From the NCBI GenBank assembly GCA_045578145.1, contig JAZNJT010000113.1, positions 1 through 46,689 of the forward strand: 46,689 nt of DNA, given 5' to 3'. Every line of letters starts with the position of its first letter. Position 1 is the first letter of the stretch. Made by a program: the position numbers and the translations under genes. The notes below the pieces were generated by a model. It had not been told where the DNA came from, did no database searches, and worked only from the letters and a program-made list of their open reading frames with translations. Origin of the DNA: Acutalibacteraceae bacterium (GTDB lineage: Bacteria; Bacillota; Clostridia; Oscillospirales; Acutalibacteraceae). Positions 43,871-46,689 of this stretch are shown one piece after another.

Positions 43871-44516
43871 TTAGTTTATTTGGAATAATAAATGCAAGCG
43901 GATATACCGCAACGCTTAAAAGTATGCCTGCAAAAATATCAACTACCGAATGCTGCTTTAGAAAAACAGTGGAAAGCATAATAAGAACCGCTGTTATAAG
44001 AAATATTGTTCTGTATAGCGGGCGGTTAAGTCCTTTTGCGTTCCATGCAGTAAATAAAACCGCGAATGATCCAACGACATGGAGAGAGGGACAGACATTA
44101 GTATTTGTATCAATAACATAAAGAAATTTTACAATATCGGTGAAAATATTATCTCTTGAAAATTCAGTTGGACGAAGGTGCTGAATATTTGGAAACACAG
44201 CAAAAACAACAGTTGCCGTTCCAAAGGATAAAATTAAAAAATACATCAGCTTTTTAAATGAGTCCACATCATATTTGAGGGTATAAATATGTATGATAAC
44301 TAAATACAAATACCAGAAAACATAAGGAATAATAAAAAATTCGCAAAATGGGATTATATCGTCAAGTTGGGAACATACAGAAATATATTCGGTAACAACA
44401 ACGCGCTCTAAAATAAAAAACGAAAAAAGATAAAAAACCCAAAACAACAGCAGAAATAAATGCCTAAATTCTGCTGAGCAAATATTCCTTAATCGGAGAT
44501 TTTTATAATTTGGCAT
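43854..44516 (-). CDS. PAP2-superfamily membrane phosphatase / phosphotransferase
   Basis: The protein is polytopic, with PAP2-like C2/C3 motifs CPSLHV and HSVVDIFAG. Confidence 0.7.
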   Translation of the reverse strand: MPNYKNLRLRNICSAEFRHLFLLLFWVFYLFSFFILERVVVTEYISVCSQLDDIIPFCEFFIIPYVFWYLYLVIIHIYTLKYDVDSFKKLMYFLILSFGTATVVFAVFPNIQHLRPTEFSRDNIFTDIVKFLYVIDTNTNVCPSLHVVGSFAVLFTAWNAKGLNRPLYRTIFLITAVLIMLSTVFLKQHSVVDIFAGILLSVAVYPLAFIIPNKLKRKAM

Positions 44517-44533
44517 AATATCACCTACGTTAT

Positions 44534-44562
44534 ATTATACACACTATTGTTTAAAGAGTAAA
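44534..44562 (-). promoter_or_regulatory. Candidate promoter of the PAP2 gene (TTTACT, 17 nt spacer, TGt-TATAAT)
   Basis: On the minus strand, TTTACT is the complement of 44557-44562 and TATAAT is the complement of 44534-44539. Confidence 0.4.
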
Positions 44563-44608
44563 TAATAATTTGTTAAATTTTTGAGAAAATAATGTGGGAG
44601 GTATGGGA

Positions 44609-45286
44609 ATGAGCGAAGAAAAAAACAAACCCGATTCAAAAACCGAGGAAATTAAGGAGTTTGGAACAACAGGCACTATCGGGGGAAAACACAGGATTTT
44701 TTGTCTTACAATTATTGGTGAAATTGAGGGGCACAGTGTTTTGCCCGAGCAGAGCAAAACCACAAAATACGAGCATGTGATACCTCAGCTTATAGCAGTT
44801 GAGGAAAGTGAAGAAATTGAGGGAATGTTAATAATTCTCAACACAGTGGGCGGAGATGTTGAGGCAGGTCTTGCCCTTGCGGAAATGATTTCGGGTATGA
44901 AAAAGCCTACAGTTTCCTTTGTTTTAGGAGGCGGACATTCAATAGGGGTCCCGCTTAGTGTATCGGCAAAGCGGTCTTATATAGCGCCGTCGGCTACTAT
45001 GACAGTGCATCCTGTAAGAACAACAGGATTGGTAATTGGCGTACCGCGTATGATGAATCATTTTGAACGTATGCAAAAACGTATAACAGATTTCGTGGCG
45101 AAAAATTCCAATATAACCGCCGAGCGATTTACCGAGCTTATGATGAACACAGAGGAACTAGTAACAGATGTAGGAACAGTGCTTACAGGTGAGATTGCTG
45201 TTAAAGAGGGACTAATAGACTGTGTCGGATCTTTAGGCGAGGTTATAGACGGATTATATGAGCTAATAGAAAAAGACGGGCTTTAG
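44609..45286 (+). CDS. tepA: ClpP-fold protein TepA (translocation-enhancing protein / SDH-type Clp-fold serine protease)
   Basis: It closely follows the B. subtilis TepA pattern: CLTIIGEIEGH, KTTKYEHVIPQLIA, LNTVGGDVEAGLALAEMI and LGGGHSIGVP. The start is set at ATG 44609 (GGGAGG SD 7 nt upstream). Confidence 0.85.
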   Translation: MSEEKNKPDSKTEEIKEFGTTGTIGGKHRIFCLTIIGEIEGHSVLPEQSKTTKYEHVIPQLIAVEESEEIEGMLIILNTVGGDVEAGLALAEMISGMKKPTVSFVLGGGHSIGVPLSVSAKRSYIAPSATMTVHPVRTTGLVIGVPRMMNHFERMQKRITDFVAKNSNITAERFTELMMNTEELVTDVGTVLTGEIAVKEGLIDCVGSLGEVIDGLYELIEKDGL

Positions 45287-45297
45287 CCCGTCTTTTT
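45271..45297. terminator. Bidirectional terminator shared by tepA and the S1-domain gene
   Basis: AAAAGACGGGC-ttta-GCCCGTCTTTT. Both stop codons lie within or at the edge of the hairpin. Confidence 0.8.
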
Positions 45298-46216
45298 ATC
45301 CGCAAAATTTTGTGAAAATTCGTTTTTCACAGGTTTCGGGTGAGTATTCCCAGTTGTCAATGCGGTTGCCATCATAAAAATATTTTATTTTTGGCGAATA
45401 ATTGTTCTGAAAACTGTCAATAATAATAAGTTTAATCTTCATTTTTTCTTTTATTATACTTTTAATATAAACACTTGCTTGTTGTCCTACTTTAACATTT
45501 TCTTTTGGCTCGGCAAGACCTGCAAGGTTGGGTGAGATTTCCACGAAAACGCCGTAGTTTTCAACACTTCTCACAACACCTGTTACAGTTTGCCCCGCCG
45601 AAAACATTTGGGTGTTTTCTTCCCATGTACCTAAAAGTTCTTTATGAGAAAGGGTTATTTTGCCGTCGGGAGCAATGCTTTTAATTACAGCCTTAATATT
45701 TTCACCTACATAAAAGCGGTCAGATGGGTGGGAAATTCTAGAAACAGAAATAGCATCAATAGGTAAAAGCGCTATGTTTCCGCAACCTATATCACAAAAG
45801 GCACCAAATGATTCAAGATGGGTTATTTTGGCATTTATTATATCGCCTGCAGATTTATTGTTTAAGATGTGCTGGCGGCATTTTTCTTGGGCATTTTTGC
45901 GTGACAATACTGCAAACTGACCGCCTTCACCATCGGTATCAATACGCTCAACAGTAAAACACACTGTTTTTCCGACCCTCGAAATAAGTGCAATATCGCG
46001 TGTTACTCCTTCGCTTATTCCTACCGCTCCCTCGTTTCTTGGAATTACGCCTTTAATAACACCTAAATCAACTATAAGGTTATGGTTTGCATCACACATT
46101 AAAACAGGTGCTTCAAGTACAGTGCGAGCAAGTTTTGCCTCTTCTAAAAAAAGTATCGAGAATCCTTTAAGTTTACTGTCTTCTCTTTGCCATCCTTCAG
46201 GATAAAAACCGTTCAT
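45296..46216 (-). CDS. S1 RNA-binding-domain protein (tandem S1/OB folds)
   Basis: The S1-like repeats are GDIINAKITHLESFGAFCDIGCGNIALLP and GQTVTGVVRSVENYGVFVEISPNLAGLAEP, plus a degenerate N-terminal copy. Confidence 0.7.
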   Translation of the reverse strand: MNGFYPEGWQREDSKLKGFSILFLEEAKLARTVLEAPVLMCDANHNLIVDLGVIKGVIPRNEGAVGISEGVTRDIALISRVGKTVCFTVERIDTDGEGGQFAVLSRKNAQEKCRQHILNNKSAGDIINAKITHLESFGAFCDIGCGNIALLPIDAISVSRISHPSDRFYVGENIKAVIKSIAPDGKITLSHKELLGTWEENTQMFSAGQTVTGVVRSVENYGVFVEISPNLAGLAEPKENVKVGQQASVYIKSIIKEKMKIKLIIIDSFQNNYSPKIKYFYDGNRIDNWEYSPETCEKRIFTKFCG

Positions 46217-46334
46217 ATTTTATCACCTTTCTTTTTTTACTCTTTATCCTAAAAAATTATATGACAAAGACAGCGCAAAAATGCGAGAATTCTGCCGATA
46301 ATTAAAATTTAATTTCTAATATTTTTATAAGCTA

Positions 46335-46363
46335 TTGATATTTGAAATTCGTTTCAGTATAAT
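46335..46363 (+). promoter_or_regulatory. Promoter of murD (TTGATA, 17 nt spacer, TATAAT)
   Basis: TTGATA lies at 46335-46340 and TATAAT at 46358-46363. Confidence 0.5.
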
Positions 46364-46411
46364 ATATATGTATAAATATGTCTTTGCTAAAGTTTCAAGG
46401 GGGCATTTGTT

Positions 46412-46689
46412 TTGGATTGTAAAAAGTTTTTTGAACAGATTAAAGGTAAAAAAATAGCAATGTGCGGAATAGGTGTAAGCAACACACCGCTTATTCTTGA
46501 TTTTTTAAATAAGGGAGCTACTGTTTATGCGTGCGATAAAAGAACGCGTGAAATGATTGGCGATACCGCTGATATGCTCGAAAAGTCAGGCGCAGAACTC
46601 AGACTTGGTGACGGATATCTCGACAATTTAGAGGTGGATATTATATTCAGAACACCGGGTATGAACTGGAATTTACCCGAGCTTGATTC
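46412..46689 (+). CDS. murD: UDP-N-acetylmuramoylalanine--D-glutamate ligase, N-terminal part; partial at the window edge
   Basis: My translation from TTG 46412 (AAGGGGG SD) is MDCKKFFEQIKGKKIAMCGIGVSNTPLILDFLNKGATVYACDKR...DIIFRTPGMNWNLPELD. This is the MurD N-terminal Rossmann pattern. The frame stays open to the window end. Confidence 0.6.
   Translation, partial: MDCKKFFEQIKGKKIAMCGIGVSNTPLILDFLNKGATVYACDKRTREMIGDTADMLEKSGAELRLGDGYLDNLEVDIIFRTPGMNWNLPELD

Noticed and set aside
1-46689. A search of the whole window for CRISPR arrays, tRNA/rRNA genes, transposases, integrases, phage genes, toxin-antitoxin pairs or known defence-system genes.
   Set aside because: I saw no regularly spaced repeat array, tRNA-like T-arm/acceptor pattern, recombinase motif or defence-type domain (apart from the WYL/Toprim pair discussed in the findings). 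The window reads as core chromosome, and I cannot support any mobile or defence call.

Overview
This is a low-GC chromosomal segment from an anaerobic Firmicute of the class Clostridia, judged from spo0A, rex, an iorAB-paaK operon, a thiT ECF component and gene order. About 45 protein-coding genes are tightly packed, and nearly all are recognisable housekeeping genes. They cover replication and uptake (polA 5' end, comEC, holA) and glycolysis (pgk-tpiA-gpmI). There are also many RNA-modification enzymes (mtaB, a U32 RlhA/TrhP-like protein, trmB, rsmG, dusB, trmO, trmL). Envelope genes include cls, lgt, mscL, a PAP2 protein and the murD 5' end. Redox and arylpyruvate metabolism is represented by rex and an acyl-CoA ligase-iorA-iorB-paaK-ACT operon. 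I found one clear cis-regulatory RNA, a TPP riboswitch upstream of thiT. I found no rRNA, tRNA, CRISPR array, transposase, integrase or phage gene, and no convincing defence island or novel multi-gene system. The leads worth a second look are modest. (1) A DnaA-box cluster lies in the 7.7-7.9 kb gap, with tandem Spo0A-box-like repeats next to it, in a window that also carries rsmG and an orphan ParB-like gene. (2) An unannotated 51-codon gene has its own near-consensus promoter, Shine-Dalgarno (SD) sequence and terminator. (3) An AraC/PocR-controlled NahK-type anomeric HexNAc kinase is paired with a nucleotidyltransferase and nagB. (4) A WYL regulator is translationally overlapped with an RNase M5-like Toprim protein inside the comEC-holA...rsmG gene string. 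(5) A second, archaeal-type phosphoglycerate-mutase-family gene is present. (6) An exact 9-mer recurs at a 17-bp period upstream of polA. Functional calls come from reading motifs in the supplied translations. All promoters and terminators are pattern-based predictions. No database search was run.
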